Origin: Sphingomonadaceae bacterium
GTDB taxonomy: Bacteria > Pseudomonadota > Alphaproteobacteria > Sphingomonadales > Sphingomonadaceae
DNA length: 57,621 nucleotides
Direction: 5' to 3'
NCBI GenBank assembly: GCA_013001755.1
Contig: JABDLY010000024.1
Location: 1-57,621, forward strand
How positions within the stretch are numbered: the stretch's first letter is position 1; every line of letters starts with the position of its first letter. A program made the translations under genes and the position numbers. Positions 9,324-18,539 of this stretch are shown here, piece by piece. Under the pieces are notes generated by a model. That model had not been told where the DNA came from and did not search any database. It saw only the letters and a program-made list of their open reading frames with translations.

Positions 9324-9689
9324 CTAATTCAGATCTTGAACCGTCGCGATCCGAAAAGGGAGCTGACTGCCGTCGGGCTCCGTCAGGGTGATATATTCGC
9401 CGGGGAGTATGACGTGCCGGTCCAACAGGAAAATTGTTTCGTCATCATCTTCGCCGACACGATAGGAAAACGCCCAGCCTTTCGGAGTCTTTATGACATA
9501 GCCTGACATGTCGCGTTCGTTCGGCCAGAAGCGTCGAACCCGCGCCATGGCTGTGTTCTCTTTCACCGCCTCTTCGTCGATCAACCCATCGTCGTTGACC
9601 GGAAGACGGATGACATAGGCTCGACTGGCCGACCCCCCCGGGAATTCAGGCGTTCGGGCAAGTTCCAAGCGAATAGATTTCCAACTCAT
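9324..9689 (-). CDS. Conserved hypothetical protein (IRLELARTPEFPGGS type)
   Basis: GGGGAGGAG SD; coherent 121-aa ORF divergent from usp. Confidence 0.75.
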   Translation of the reverse strand: MSWKSIRLELARTPEFPGGSASRAYVIRLPVNDDGLIDEEAVKENTAMARVRRFWPNERDMSGYVIKTPKGWAFSYRVGEDDDETIFLLDRHVILPGEYITLTEPDGSQLPFRIATVQDLN

Positions 9690-9748
9690 GAATCCAATTC
9701 TCCTCCCCACTTTTACGCTGTTTTCGTTGGGCGAGGCGGCGTTGAAAA

Positions 9749-9788
9749 TACGTGGATTTACGGAGAAACATATCCGTAAATCTGCGTA
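9749..9788. promoter_or_regulatory. Mirror-image pair of island motifs in a divergent promoter
   Basis: TACG-N6-TACG (9749-9762) and CGTA-N6-CGTA (9775-9788). Confidence 0.65.
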
Positions 9789-9858
9789 AATACGCACGTC
9801 TCCCTGTCGCTATTTTGCATGGCTGCACAGCACAATCTCGTCCTCCGGGAGACATTCG

Positions 9859-10671
9859 ATGAAATCCGTTCTGCTTCACATCCATGACGATGAAGGTCAG
9901 GAATCGCGCTTTCAGGCAGCGACCGATATCGTGCGTGCCTTCGACGGACATCTGACCTGCGTTCAAGCCGCGCCCTATGAGTATCCCATTTTCGGCGACC
10001 CATTCGGTGGCGCCTATGTTCTTCCCACCGTACTTGCCGAAGTGCGTCGCGAGCAGAAGGAAACACAGAAGCGGTTGGAGGAGAGGCTCGATCATGCGGG
10101 TGTCAATTGGAATTGGACAAAGTATGACGGACCAGCTGCCAAGATGCTGATCGACCACTCGAGACTCGCTGATCTTATCGTATTGAGCCACGTTCCCGAC
10201 ACCGCGAAAGGCCATGATAGCTGGCCGCCATTGACCGCTGATGTCGCCGTCCATTCGCGCGCGCCGGTACTTGCTGTCCCGGCAGACACCAAGAATTTCC
10301 CCTGCGACGGGAAAGCCATCATTGCATGGAACGGTTCTTTCGAAGCGAGCGAAGCGGTAAAGGCCGCATTGCCGCTACTCAGAATGGCGTCATCCCTCAC
10401 AATTGTATCTGTAACCGAAAGCGAGCTGGTGTACCCTGCAACCGACGCGAGCATTTACCTCGCTCGGCACGGCATTGCGTCGGATCTGGTCAACCAGCCG
10501 GCCAAAGATCGGTCTGTATCGGACGCGCTGCGGACAGCCATCCAATCACACGGCGGCGACTATCTTGTCATGGGCGCATACGGCCACTCCCGTATCCGTG
10601 AAAAGATACTCGGCGGCGTGACGCGAGACCTGCTCCGCAATTCATCCGTGCCACTGCTGATGGCGCACTAG
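9859..10671 (+). CDS. Universal stress protein
   Basis: MKSVLLHIH, IIAWNGS, LVMGAYGHSRIREKILGGVT. Confidence 0.92.
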   Translation: MKSVLLHIHDDEGQESRFQAATDIVRAFDGHLTCVQAAPYEYPIFGDPFGGAYVLPTVLAEVRREQKETQKRLEERLDHAGVNWNWTKYDGPAAKMLIDHSRLADLIVLSHVPDTAKGHDSWPPLTADVAVHSRAPVLAVPADTKNFPCDGKAIIAWNGSFEASEAVKAALPLLRMASSLTIVSVTESELVYPATDASIYLARHGIASDLVNQPAKDRSVSDALRTAIQSHGGDYLVMGAYGHSRIREKILGGVTRDLLRNSSVPLLMAH

Positions 10672-10703
10672 ACCCACTGAATCTCGGCACATTGGAGAAC
10701 AGC

Positions 10704-11534
10704 ATGGCAAAAAACCCGACAATCCTCGTCGCGACCGACCTGAGCGCACGATGCGATCGCGCCATCGATCGCGCCATGGTGATTGCCGAGTCGCAGTCGG
10801 CGCGATTGCTGATCGTTCATGTAATCGAAAAGGGAGAACTTGGAAAAGATTTGGCCTATGAGCAGGATTTGAAGGCTGAAATCGCCAGGGACTTTCCAAG
10901 CGCCACGGTGGCCGTCGAAATCATTGTCGGCCGAGGCTCCGTTCCCAAGGAGATCGCCGAAATCGCTGAACGCGAAAAATGTTCGCTCATCGTCACTGGC
11001 GTCGCACGCATGAACAGTCTGCGCGATTTCATATTGGGCACACTCGTTTCGGCACTTGTCCGCCAATCGGCGATCCCGGTACTGATTGTAAAAAAGCGAC
11101 CGTTGCGTCCATATCAGAAGATGTTGGCCGCCACCGATTTCTCGTCATGTTCGTTGCACGCGTTGCGGGTTGCAGCCGACCAATTTCCCGAACTGCCCAT
11201 TCAGCTCGAACACGCATTCCAGGTCCCCTACGGCGGGATATTGAAATCGGATCAAGTAGCAAAAGATACGCGCGCCGAGGTCAATCGCGACATGAAATCC
11301 TTCCTGAAAGAGATCGGCGACGAAGACGGATTGCTCGATCGGCTGGAAACCCACATCGCCTATGGCCAGATTACCTCTGTGGTCAGCGAGCGGCTGTCCG
11401 CCTCGGGAACCGATTTATTCGTCATTGGCACGCATGGGAAAAGCGGGTTCGCCCATGCATCGATCGGAAGCATCGCGGCCGATCTTATGTCATGGGTACC
11501 CGTCGATACGCTGGTCGTTCGGGAAACTCGCTAG
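10704..11534 (+). CDS. Universal stress protein (UspE-like tandem)
   Basis: ILVATDLS and LAATDFS repeats; IGTHGKSG...IGS. Confidence 0.9.
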   Translation: MAKNPTILVATDLSARCDRAIDRAMVIAESQSARLLIVHVIEKGELGKDLAYEQDLKAEIARDFPSATVAVEIIVGRGSVPKEIAEIAEREKCSLIVTGVARMNSLRDFILGTLVSALVRQSAIPVLIVKKRPLRPYQKMLAATDFSSCSLHALRVAADQFPELPIQLEHAFQVPYGGILKSDQVAKDTRAEVNRDMKSFLKEIGDEDGLLDRLETHIAYGQITSVVSERLSASGTDLFVIGTHGKSGFAHASIGSIAADLMSWVPVDTLVVRETR

Positions 11535-11546
11535 AAACAGGGTTGG

Positions 11547-11864
11547 ATGAGGTTGGAAGACGGAAAGTTCTCCGATTCCTACCGGTGGGCAAATTTCCGT
11601 TCTTGCAATCGTGCTGGCGCAAACCGCTTGCATGACTATGACAATGTCATTGTCGTTTACAAGATCGACCGCGGTTACTGGGGATATGAGATGACGCGAC
11701 TGATGGGCGTCTACGGCGACCCTATGATTCAGTCCATGGGCCTAGCTGGACGGATTCAAGAGCAAATAGATTTTGCTTGGAATATGCTTATCGGCGGACC
11801 AATTTTCGCCACTGCCGCGTATTTTGTTGGTCAGTGGATATATCAAGGGTTCAAAGAGAAATAG
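11547..11864 (+). other. Hypothetical ORF or 3' gene remnant with C-terminal TM segment
   Basis: AT-richer; hydrophobic helix ending WIYQGFK; no clear start context. Confidence 0.3.
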
Positions 11865-11896
11865 GTTTTTGGTTCAATCAAGTACACAATCGCCTA

Positions 11897-12070
11897 AATT
11901 TGGGTGTAGGAAAAATCATCGGTCCGGTGCTCGGATTGTTGATCGGCGGAGTGATCGCTGCGCCGATCGGTGCGCTTTTTGCCAAATGTCTCGATCCGCG
12001 CCTGATGTTTACATTTGTCGGTTTAGCGATAACTTTAACAAGCGGACTGGCTATTCTCAAAATCACCTGA
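11897..12070 (+). pseudogene. C-terminal remnant of TauE/SafE-like permease
   Basis: LGLLIGGVIAAPIGALFAK...FVGLAITLTS resembles the last helices of TauE proteins; 5' part missing. Confidence 0.55.
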
Positions 12071-12126
12071 CTGTATTTTCGTCATTGACCGTGTCGCCAA
12101 GATGTTCATCGAAAACCCGGTTTCTA

Positions 12127-12693
12127 TCAATTGCCGGACATCAGGAATTTGCGCCAGTCGATCTGCGTAAAACCAATGAGCAAGGCTATCATCGCCAATT
12201 GTATGGCGAGCCCCACCGGGCTCGTAAAATTTTCCCGGAATGCCTGGCCTATGCTGGTCTGTGCAATCCTGATGGCGGTCATCCCGTAGATTGAGTAGGA
12301 AACAAGGCGGCCCATGAAGAACGCCAGCGTGAAACGCAGCAAGCGGATCTTGGTGAGGCCCGCAGCCTCGAACAATTGCGCCGAAGGAACGGGTGACAGC
12401 GCGAAGAGTCCAAGCGCCAGATAGGTAACTTTCCTTTTCTGTTCGATGAGCTCGCCCGCGGCGGAAACGTTGCGTTTTGTCTTTTCGGGCACATAGCCTG
12501 CGAATAATCGGAACGCGTGTGCGAGAAGAAAGCGGCCGAGCGCAGCAGCACTTGCCGACGTTATGACGAGCGCCGGCAAGGGTATCGCGCTGTTCATACC
12601 GTAAAGAACGATGACCGACCATGTGGGAGGACCAAATGCCGGCATCATATTTATTCCCAATATGACAGCGAACAGGATCAGATAATCGGTCAG
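12127..12693 (-). CDS. Hypothetical membrane protein, probable CTG start
   Basis: Frame reads (L)TDYLILFAVILGINMMPAFGPPTWS; no ATG/GTG/TTG upstream of the CTG before an in-frame TAA; several TM helices. Confidence 0.7.
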   Translation of the reverse strand: MTDYLILFAVILGINMMPAFGPPTWSVIVLYGMNSAIPLPALVITSASAAALGRFLLAHAFRLFAGYVPEKTKRNVSAAGELIEQKRKVTYLALGLFALSPVPSAQLFEAAGLTKIRLLRFTLAFFMGRLVSYSIYGMTAIRIAQTSIGQAFRENFTSPVGLAIQLAMIALLIGFTQIDWRKFLMSGN

Positions 12694-12765
12694 TGTCCGG
12701 CCCCATCTTCTACGGCAGAAACAATCAATCCGCCACGCGCGTTAACGTGACAATGCCGAAGTTCT

Positions 12766-13797
12766 TCACGGAACCGCCCGTGCCGGCTCTGCCGTCGTGG
12801 CGAGCTTCTCGGTCGAAACTTCGTTTTGCGGGCGGCCGGCCTCGAATGCGCTCAGATTGGCAATCGTGGTTTCGGCGATATTGGTGAGGGCCTCATGGGT
12901 GAAGAATCCCTGATGCCCTGTGATCAGGACGTTGGGAAAGGTCAGCAGACGCGCGAATATATCGTCCTGAATGACGTGAGCGGAAAGATCGCGAAAGAAC
13001 AGGTCGCCCTCTTCCTCGTAGACATCGAGACCGAGGCTGCCGATGCAGCCCGTCTTGAGCCCGGCTATCACGGCGCGCGTATCGAGCACCGCGCCTCGGC
13101 TGGTGTTGATGATCATTACGCCCGGCTGCATCCGCGCGATGCGCTCCCCGTCGATCAGATGGTAGGTGTCGGGGGTCAGCGGACAATGGAGAGTGATGAT
13201 CTTGGCGGCGGCGGCAAGGTCGTCGAGCGCGACATAATCGACGCTGTTCGCCGCCAACCCGGCATCGGGCGACGGATCGTGCGCGATCACATGGCAGCCG
13301 AAGCCTGAAAGGATACGCGCCACAACCGATCCGATATTGCCCGTGCCGACGATACCGACCGTCTTGGAGTGGAGATCGAATCCGAGAAGCCCATCGAGCG
13401 CGAAATTGCCCTCGCGTACACGGTTGAAGGCCCGGTGCGTATTGCGCGCCAGCGACAGCATCAGCGCGACGGCATGCTCGGCGACTGCGTAGGGAGAATA
13501 TTCGGGAACCCGGACGACGGGAATTTCCAGCTGCGCGGCGGCTTCGAGATCGACATTGTTGAAGCCTGCACACCGCATTGCGACGAACCGCACACCGAGA
13601 TCGGCCAGCTGGGCGAACACATCCGCGTCGAGATCGTCGGACACGAAGGCGCAGACGGCCTCATGACCCTTGGCGAGGGCGGCGGTTTCGCACGACAGCC
13701 GGGCTTCGAGAAAGGACAGCGCATGTCTGCCGACCGCATTGGCGGCGGTCAGATAGGCCCGGTCGTAGCTTTTGGTGCTGAAAATCGCGGTCTTGAC
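12766..13797 (-). CDS. ldhA: D-lactate dehydrogenase (2-hydroxyacid dehydrogenase), GTC at expected start
   Basis: (V)KTAIFSTKSYD N-terminus in frame; RCAGFNNVD, GTGNIG, INTSRG, LDVYEEE, TGHQGF intact. Confidence 0.85.
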   Translation of the reverse strand, partial: VKTAIFSTKSYDRAYLTAANAVGRHALSFLEARLSCETAALAKGHEAVCAFVSDDLDADVFAQLADLGVRFVAMRCAGFNNVDLEAAAQLEIPVVRVPEYSPYAVAEHAVALMLSLARNTHRAFNRVREGNFALDGLLGFDLHSKTVGIVGTGNIGSVVARILSGFGCHVIAHDPSPDAGLAANSVDYVALDDLAAAAKIITLHCPLTPDTYHLIDGERIARMQPGVMIINTSRGAVLDTRAVIAGLKTGCIGSLGLDVYEEEGDLFFRDLSAHVIQDDIFARLLTFPNVLITGHQGFFTHEALTNIAETTIANLSAFEAGRPQNEVSTEKLATTAEPARAVP

Positions 13798-13854
13798 GGC
13801 ACTTCTCCCATTTCTCCCGACTGCATCGCGACGGCGGCGGCCCTGCCGACCAGC

Positions 13855-14463
13855 CTAGCACATGCCGCCGCCACCGCCCGCTGGCCGTTCGATGCTCGGC
13901 TCAAGATCGGCGATCACGCGGCGCGCGTCGAAGGCGCGTTCTTCGTCGGCCGGCGCCGGTCCCGTGTGCGTGGTGATTTCGGCATGCGCTTCGAATTCCT
14001 CGATCGTGCTGACCCTGACCCGTTCCGTCCAGAAAGGATTACCCCGTTCGGGGTGCCAGGTCCGCCATCCGAGCCCCTCGCGATAATAGCGCCAATGCGG
14101 CCGCCAATAGACGTATTCGCTGCCGAACCAAGGCCGATAGAGCGGATCGGGATGGACGTAGGTCCGCGCCTCGCGTTCGGTTAGCCGGTCGAGGATCAGA
14201 AACCAGTCATAACCCTGTTCGAGTGTCAGTTCGGCGGCGCGATACATAAGATAGCCTTCAACCCGGTCGCGCGAGGTCAGGCAATTGCCCGAAAAACTGA
14301 CGCGGAACCGGTTGTCCGCGAGCTGAGTCTCCGAATAGCCGCCCGAGACCCGCTGGCCGGGTATATCGGGCTGATACGGCGTCGCCGACACGCAGCCTGC
14401 CAGAGCGAGGGCGAAGGCGGTCAGAATTGCCAGTCCGCCGCCCATTTTTTGTCGGTCGTTCAT
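13855..14463 (-). CDS. Lipoprotein (CC0125/CC1285-like)
   Basis: LAGC lipobox; TPYQP...GYSE...RVSFSGN...YRAAELTL..GYDWF. Confidence 0.8.
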   Translation of the reverse strand: MNDRQKMGGGLAILTAFALALAGCVSATPYQPDIPGQRVSGGYSETQLADNRFRVSFSGNCLTSRDRVEGYLMYRAAELTLEQGYDWFLILDRLTEREARTYVHPDPLYRPWFGSEYVYWRPHWRYYREGLGWRTWHPERGNPFWTERVRVSTIEEFEAHAEITTHTGPAPADEERAFDARRVIADLEPSIERPAGGGGGMC

Positions 14464-14527
14464 CGCTACTTCCCCGATTGTGGTGTTCGCGAGCGAGGAT
14501 AGAGCCGGCCGCCGCCGCCGCCATATC

Positions 14528-14541
14528 AGTAAGCTTACCTA
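14528..14541 (+). promoter_or_regulatory. Island motif copy (candidate FixJ site)
   Basis: AGTA-AGCTTA-CCTA between divergent lipoprotein and DUF2267 genes. Confidence 0.5.
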
Positions 14542-14633
14542 GAGACCCGCGCGCAGCGCTTTGTTTCAAACTCCAAGGCGGTGGCCCATAGCGGCGGAGA
14601 ATTTGCGCCACCGATTTGCAACGGGAGAAGACC

Positions 14634-15059
14634 ATGAGTGCGCTCGGCCTGAAAATCATCGACAAGGCGGTCCAGGACACGAATATCTGGCTTGATGAAT
14701 TGATGGACAAGCTCGACTGGGAAGACAAACAGCGCGCCTATCGCCTGCTGCGTTCGACCCTTCATGTGCTGCGTGACCGGCTACAGATGAACGAGGCGGC
14801 CGATCTCGCGGCGCAATTGCCGACGCTGATTCGCGGGATCTATTATGAAGGCTGGCAACCGAACCGCCCGCCGACCCATCACAAGCATGAGTTGAATTTC
14901 ATCGCGGCGATCGAAGCGGCATTCATCGAGGATCCCAATGCCGATCCCGGGGTGACTGCCAGAGCGGCGCTCGCGGTTATCGCCGACCATGTCTCCGAAG
15001 GCGAGATCGACGACGTCAAGAGCGGCCTGCCGCCCGAAATCAAGGCGTTGTGGCCCTGA
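14634..15059 (+). CDS. DUF2267 domain protein
   Basis: TNIWL..L...AYRLLRSTLHVLRDRL...AAQLPTLIRGIYYEGW; GGGAG SD. Confidence 0.85.
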   Translation: MSALGLKIIDKAVQDTNIWLDELMDKLDWEDKQRAYRLLRSTLHVLRDRLQMNEAADLAAQLPTLIRGIYYEGWQPNRPPTHHKHELNFIAAIEAAFIEDPNADPGVTARAALAVIADHVSEGEIDDVKSGLPPEIKALWP

Positions 15060-15115
15060 GAACCGATCGAGGGCCGACCGAAATATCGCGGATGTGACGG
15101 GCGAAGGGAGGCATC

Positions 15116-15259
15116 ATGACAATGGCTGCGCAGGCGGCGACAGGCCCGGAAAGCTTCGCCCCCAAAGGCGGCTTCAGGGGCACCGATCTGCACAAGATCT
15201 ATGAAATGGGCGAGACCCAGGTCCATGCGCTGCGCGGCGCCGCCTCGGCATCGCCGTAG
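15116..15259 (+). pseudogene. N-terminal stub of LolD/MacB-type ABC ATPase
   Basis: GGGAGG SD; MTM...DLHKIYEMGETQVHALRG then loss of similarity at about 15239, before Walker A. Confidence 0.75.
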
Positions 15260-15669
15260 CGGGCGGGAATCGGGAAACAATAGCGCGCATCGGCCAGCGC
15301 ATGAGTCGCGAAACCGCCATCGCGCGTGAAGCCGGTGAATAACGGGTCGTTGCACAGATTCTCGCGGTCCGACCGGCAATAGGGGCATTTGCCGCAGCTA
15401 TGGCCGAGCCAAGGGATGCCGACCCGGTCGCCGATCGCGAATCCCTCGGCGCCTTCGCCGACCATACTGACCCGGCCGACGATCTCGTGCCCCGGAACGA
15501 TCGGCAGCTTGCCCTGGATATCTCCATCGACAATATGCAAATCGGTGCGGCAAACGCCGCAGGCGCCGACCTCGACGAGAATTTCTCGCTTGCCGGGATC
15601 GCGTATATCGCGTTCGATCAGGCGCAGCGGCGAGCCCGGCTCGGCAAATTCCATCGCGTGAATGCGCAT
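15235..15669 (-). pseudogene. Truncated zinc-dependent alcohol dehydrogenase
   Basis: CGVCRTDLH, VPGHE, CGKCPYC...ENLC; breaks after EAAP, Rossmann domain missing. Confidence 0.85.
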
Positions 15670-15710
15670 GGCGTCACCTATGCTTCACGGGTTGCCCCGC
15701 ACCGGTACGA

Positions 15711-16331
15711 TCATGCCGTTCGATCCTTCGCGATCAACGTTTTTTCAGCGATCATCAGCGTTGAATCGTCGGGATCGTGCCGCAGATCGAAACCCATCTC
15801 GCCCTCTAGCTGGAGCGCGGCGCGATCGTCCCAGCTCTCGATCGACCGAATCTTTCGCAATCCCTTGGCCTGGGCATAGCGGATGAGATGGCCGAGCAGC
15901 GTCCAGCTGACGCCCTGATGCTTGCGATCCTGGCGCGTGCAGAGCGCAAATTCGCCGATCTCGAAATCCGCGTCGGCGCTCAGCATGGCGGTGGCGATGA
16001 TATTGCTGTTTTCGTCTAAAGCGAGGAAGTCGATGCTCTGCAGATCATCGTCGCGCGCCATCGCCCTCAGCCGCTCGCGATCGACTTCGATCAAGCCGGT
16101 CAGAAAACGGCGATAGATATCCTCCGAACTGACATGCAGGAAAAAGTCGGCGAGCTTTTCCTCGTCGCCGGGTTTGGCCGGACGGACATGGAAAGTGACG
16201 CCGCTGCGTGTCGTCAGATCGGCACGCCATTCGGCAGTCGCTTCGTCGTTGGACAGGCCGCGGACCGATCCAGGGGTTGCGGACTGATCAGCTGAAGCGG
16301 GTGGCGATTCGGTGTCGGCGGGGCTGGTCAT
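15711..16331 (-). CDS. GNAT family N-acetyltransferase
   Basis: VRPAKPGDE..L.DFF.HVS.EDIYRRF, GEFA...KHQGVSWTLL; resembles acyl-CoA-ligase-associated GNAT domain. Confidence 0.8.
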   Translation of the reverse strand: MTSPADTESPPASADQSATPGSVRGLSNDEATAEWRADLTTRSGVTFHVRPAKPGDEEKLADFFLHVSSEDIYRRFLTGLIEVDRERLRAMARDDDLQSIDFLALDENSNIIATAMLSADADFEIGEFALCTRQDRKHQGVSWTLLGHLIRYAQAKGLRKIRSIESWDDRAALQLEGEMGFDLRHDPDDSTLMIAEKTLIAKDRTA

Positions 16332-16389
16332 GACGGGTCCTTTCCTTGCTCGGGCGAAGAATAGGAAGGAAGGCGCCGCCAGCGCGATC

Positions 16390-16403
16390 CGTAATTGCCC
16401 CTA
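16390..16403 (+). promoter_or_regulatory. Island motif copy (candidate FixJ site)
   Basis: CGTA-ATTGCC-CCTA upstream of GNAT gene. Confidence 0.55.
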
Positions 16404-16584
16404 GAGGCTATCGTCTCCTTCTCCGCGGAAAAGACATCGGAACTCCGTCTAGGCCGCCTCGCCCAGCGCGCGTACGCGCTTCAGCCAACGGCGGCGATGG
16501 CCGGCCCGAGACCCGGGTCGCCGTCGATGATGGCGACGCATGACATGAGGCGATGGATTGCACCGCCGTTTTCTGTTATAAATC

Positions 16585-16598
16585 CGTACCTTCCTATA
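16585..16598 (+). promoter_or_regulatory. Degenerate island motif copy
   Basis: CGTA-CCTTCC-TATA upstream of second fixJ. Confidence 0.4.
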
Positions 16599-16693
16599 TC
16601 CGTTCGCCGTCCGTTTGCCGGCCTGACGCTGTGAGCGGCGGGTGGAAGGCGTCAACGGATTCGATCAGCTGATCGATGCAGGAGGCCAAGGCG

Positions 16694-17320
16694 ATGGAGC
16701 AACGCCATAAGATCTATCTCGTCGACGACGATGAGGCGGTCCGCCGATCGGCCGGCTTCCTGTTGCGCACCACGGGCTATGATGTCGCGACCTACACCTC
16801 GGGCGTCGAGATGCTGGAGGAGGCCAGTGCGCTTGAGCCCGGTTGCGTTCTCCTTGATATCCGCATGCCCGAGATGGACGGCCTCGAGGTTCAGGCCGAA
16901 CTCAAGACGCGCGGCATTCCCCTCCCGGTCGTGGTGATGACCGGCAGTGATGATATCGATATCGCGATACGGGCGATGAAGGCAGGCGCGGTCGATTTCA
17001 TCGAAAAGCCTTTCGAGAAATCGGTGCTGCTCGACGCGATCGAGGAGAGTTGCGCAAGGCTCGACCGCAACAGCCGCCGATCGGCGCGCGCCGACGAGGC
17101 GCGGGTGCGGCTCGACGCGCTGACCCCGCGCGAGCGGGATGTGCTAAGGGGCCTGGTACGTGGCCATCCCACCAAGGCGATCGCCGACGATCTCGGCCTC
17201 AGCCCGCGTACCGTCGAGATCCACCGCGCGAACGTGATGCGCAATTTGGACGTGCAAAGCCTGTCCGAAGCGCTGCGCCTCGCCTTCGCCGCGGGATTCG
17301 GCGAGGACGCAGGCACCTGA
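16694..17320 (+). CDS. fixJ: Second FixJ-type response regulator (orphan paralog)
   Basis: Highly similar to 8088-8723 (LEPGCVLLDIRMPEMDGL, SPRTVEIHRAN); GGAGG SD. Confidence 0.9.
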   Translation: MEQRHKIYLVDDDEAVRRSAGFLLRTTGYDVATYTSGVEMLEEASALEPGCVLLDIRMPEMDGLEVQAELKTRGIPLPVVVMTGSDDIDIAIRAMKAGAVDFIEKPFEKSVLLDAIEESCARLDRNSRRSARADEARVRLDALTPRERDVLRGLVRGHPTKAIADDLGLSPRTVEIHRANVMRNLDVQSLSEALRLAFAAGFGEDAGT

Positions 17321-17508
17321 TCGGCAGTCTTGGCAGGTCTGCTGACGTAGATCCTCGATCTTCGCGACGCGAAAGGCAACCGAACCAGCTCAGGCCGGAT
17401 GATCCTCCATCTCAACGTTACACAGCGCGCTTCCCGCGACCTCCCAGTATCCTATCCGATAACCGCGCCTTGGTCGGCCTGCGCAAATACGGGGTGCCAT
17501 GGCGGCTC

Positions 17509-17522
17509 CGTAATTCTGCGTA
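17509..17522 (+). promoter_or_regulatory. Island motif copy (candidate FixJ site)
   Basis: CGTA-ATTCTG-CGTA upstream of usp. Confidence 0.65.
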
Positions 17523-17595
17523 CTGACCGGCGCCACCGGCTCGCTAGTCTGACCGGTTCCCGAGGGCATCGCCCGCATCGGCCAGGGGAAGAGCC

Positions 17596-18408
17596 ATGAA
17601 GTCCGTTTTGCTCCATATCCACCGCGACCATGGCCAGGAGGCACGGTTGCAAGCGGCGCTCGACATCGTGCGCACGTTCGATGGTCATCTGACCTGCCTG
17701 CAGGCGACACCGTTCGAAACCTATATTATCGGCGATCCGTTCGGCGGGGTCTACGCGCTGCCGCAGATGATCGCCGAAATCCGCAAGGGGGAAGAGGCCG
17801 AACGTCGGACGATCGAGGACCGGTTGAAGCGCGAGGGAGTGAGCTGGGACTGGCTTTCCTATGACGGTTCGGCCGCCAAGGTGCTCGCCGATAACAGCTG
17901 GCTGGCGGACCTCGCAATCGTCAGCGTGCTGACGGACAAATCCGAGTCGGGCCGTACGCCGCCGATCGCCGCCGATGTCGTGCTTCATGCGCGTGCGCCG
18001 GTGCTCGTGGTGCCCGACGAAGCCACGGGCTTCGACTGTTCGGCTGGCGCGATGATCGCCTGGAACGGGTCACGCGAATCTTCGCAGGCGCTGCGCGCAG
18101 CGCTGCCTTTGCTGCGGATGGCGGACGCGGTCACGGTGATCTGCGTGGCCGAAGAGCAAAGCAAGGGCTTGCCGCCGACCGCCGCCGCCACCTTTCTCTC
18201 GCGCCACGGCGTTGCCTGCAATCTCGTCGAACAGCCGCGCGAGCACCGATCGGTCGCCGATACGCTGCGCGCCGCGATCTCGGCCGGCGGGCCGGGCTAT
18301 CTGGTGATGGGTGCCTTTGGCCATTCGCGGCTGCGCGAGCGCGTGCTCGGCGGCGTGACCCACGATCTTCTGGCGAACCCACCGAAACCGCTGTTGCTCG
18401 CCCATTGA
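17596..18408 (+). CDS. Universal stress protein, close paralog of 9859-10671
   Basis: Same length and shared MKSVLLHIH...FDGHLTC...GDPFGG. Confidence 0.92.
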   Translation: MKSVLLHIHRDHGQEARLQAALDIVRTFDGHLTCLQATPFETYIIGDPFGGVYALPQMIAEIRKGEEAERRTIEDRLKREGVSWDWLSYDGSAAKVLADNSWLADLAIVSVLTDKSESGRTPPIAADVVLHARAPVLVVPDEATGFDCSAGAMIAWNGSRESSQALRAALPLLRMADAVTVICVAEEQSKGLPPTAAATFLSRHGVACNLVEQPREHRSVADTLRAAISAGGPGYLVMGAFGHSRLRERVLGGVTHDLLANPPKPLLLAH

Positions 18409-18539
18409 AAACGAAGCGTTGTCATGCGTGGATACGGTCATTCTCGACAGCGCGAGTTTATCCTCGGCGGCACAACGCTCGATATGCTCGGCAACAGCCC
18501 TGTGCCCCTGCTGCTCGGTCACTGATCGCGGCGAGGCTC

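Noticed and set aside
12766-14463. Read-through fusion of the lipoprotein into ldhA (its TAG is in frame with ldhA)
   Set aside because: One-in-three chance; an exported lipoprotein fused to an NAD-dependent cytosolic enzyme is implausible; ldhA has its own SD
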